A DNA stretch of 64,000 bases from positions 2,381,620 through 2,445,619 of the forward strand of contig BDGG01000004.1 in NCBI GenBank assembly GCA_001949185.1, written 5' to 3'. Each line of letters begins with the position of its first letter. The stretch's first letter is position 1. Made by a program: the position numbers and the translations under genes. The notes beneath the pieces were generated by a model. That model was not told where the DNA came from. It worked only from the letters and a program-made list of their open reading frames with translations, and searched no databases. Positions 62,461-64,000 of this stretch are shown here, piece by piece. The stretch comes from Ramazzottius varieornatus (lineage: Eukaryota; Animalia; Tardigrada).

Positions 62461-64000
<1,540 letters not shown>

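Overview
Gene-dense eukaryotic (animal) DNA with very short GT-AG introns (mostly 55-100 nt). The style suggests a compact invertebrate such as a tardigrade; that is an inference, not proven here. I reconstructed 16 spliced protein-coding genes by hand: Vsx/Chx10 homeobox (+), cubilin (+; 7 EGF and about 18 CUB domains), PAF1 (-), MCFD2 (+), MacroD-type macrodomain (-), an orphan class A GPCR (-), dynein light intermediate chain (-), SGT1 without TPR (-), DNAJC4-like (+), SMOC/Pentagone (-), eIF2B-delta (+), MAP4K3/happyhour (-), PLCL/PRIP (-), CAF-1 p150 (-), CLK/Doa kinase (-) and TMEM184B (+, runs off the window). Introns and intergenic DNA carry several non-autonomous inverted-repeat elements (Tc2/pogo-like, Tc1-like, piggyBac-like, Kolobok-like). 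There is also a four-copy dispersed hairpin family with core AGTGGCGCACGTTTCC-loop-GGAAATGTGCGCCACT. The most notable observations are that hairpin family, a CAF-1 p150 apparently missing its N-terminus and KER helix, a PRIP/PLCL orthologue that keeps both catalytic histidines, and clustered P3 homeodomain sites in a Vsx intron. No rRNA, tRNA, CRISPR array or transposase ORF could be supported. Exon boundaries are manual reads without transcript data.
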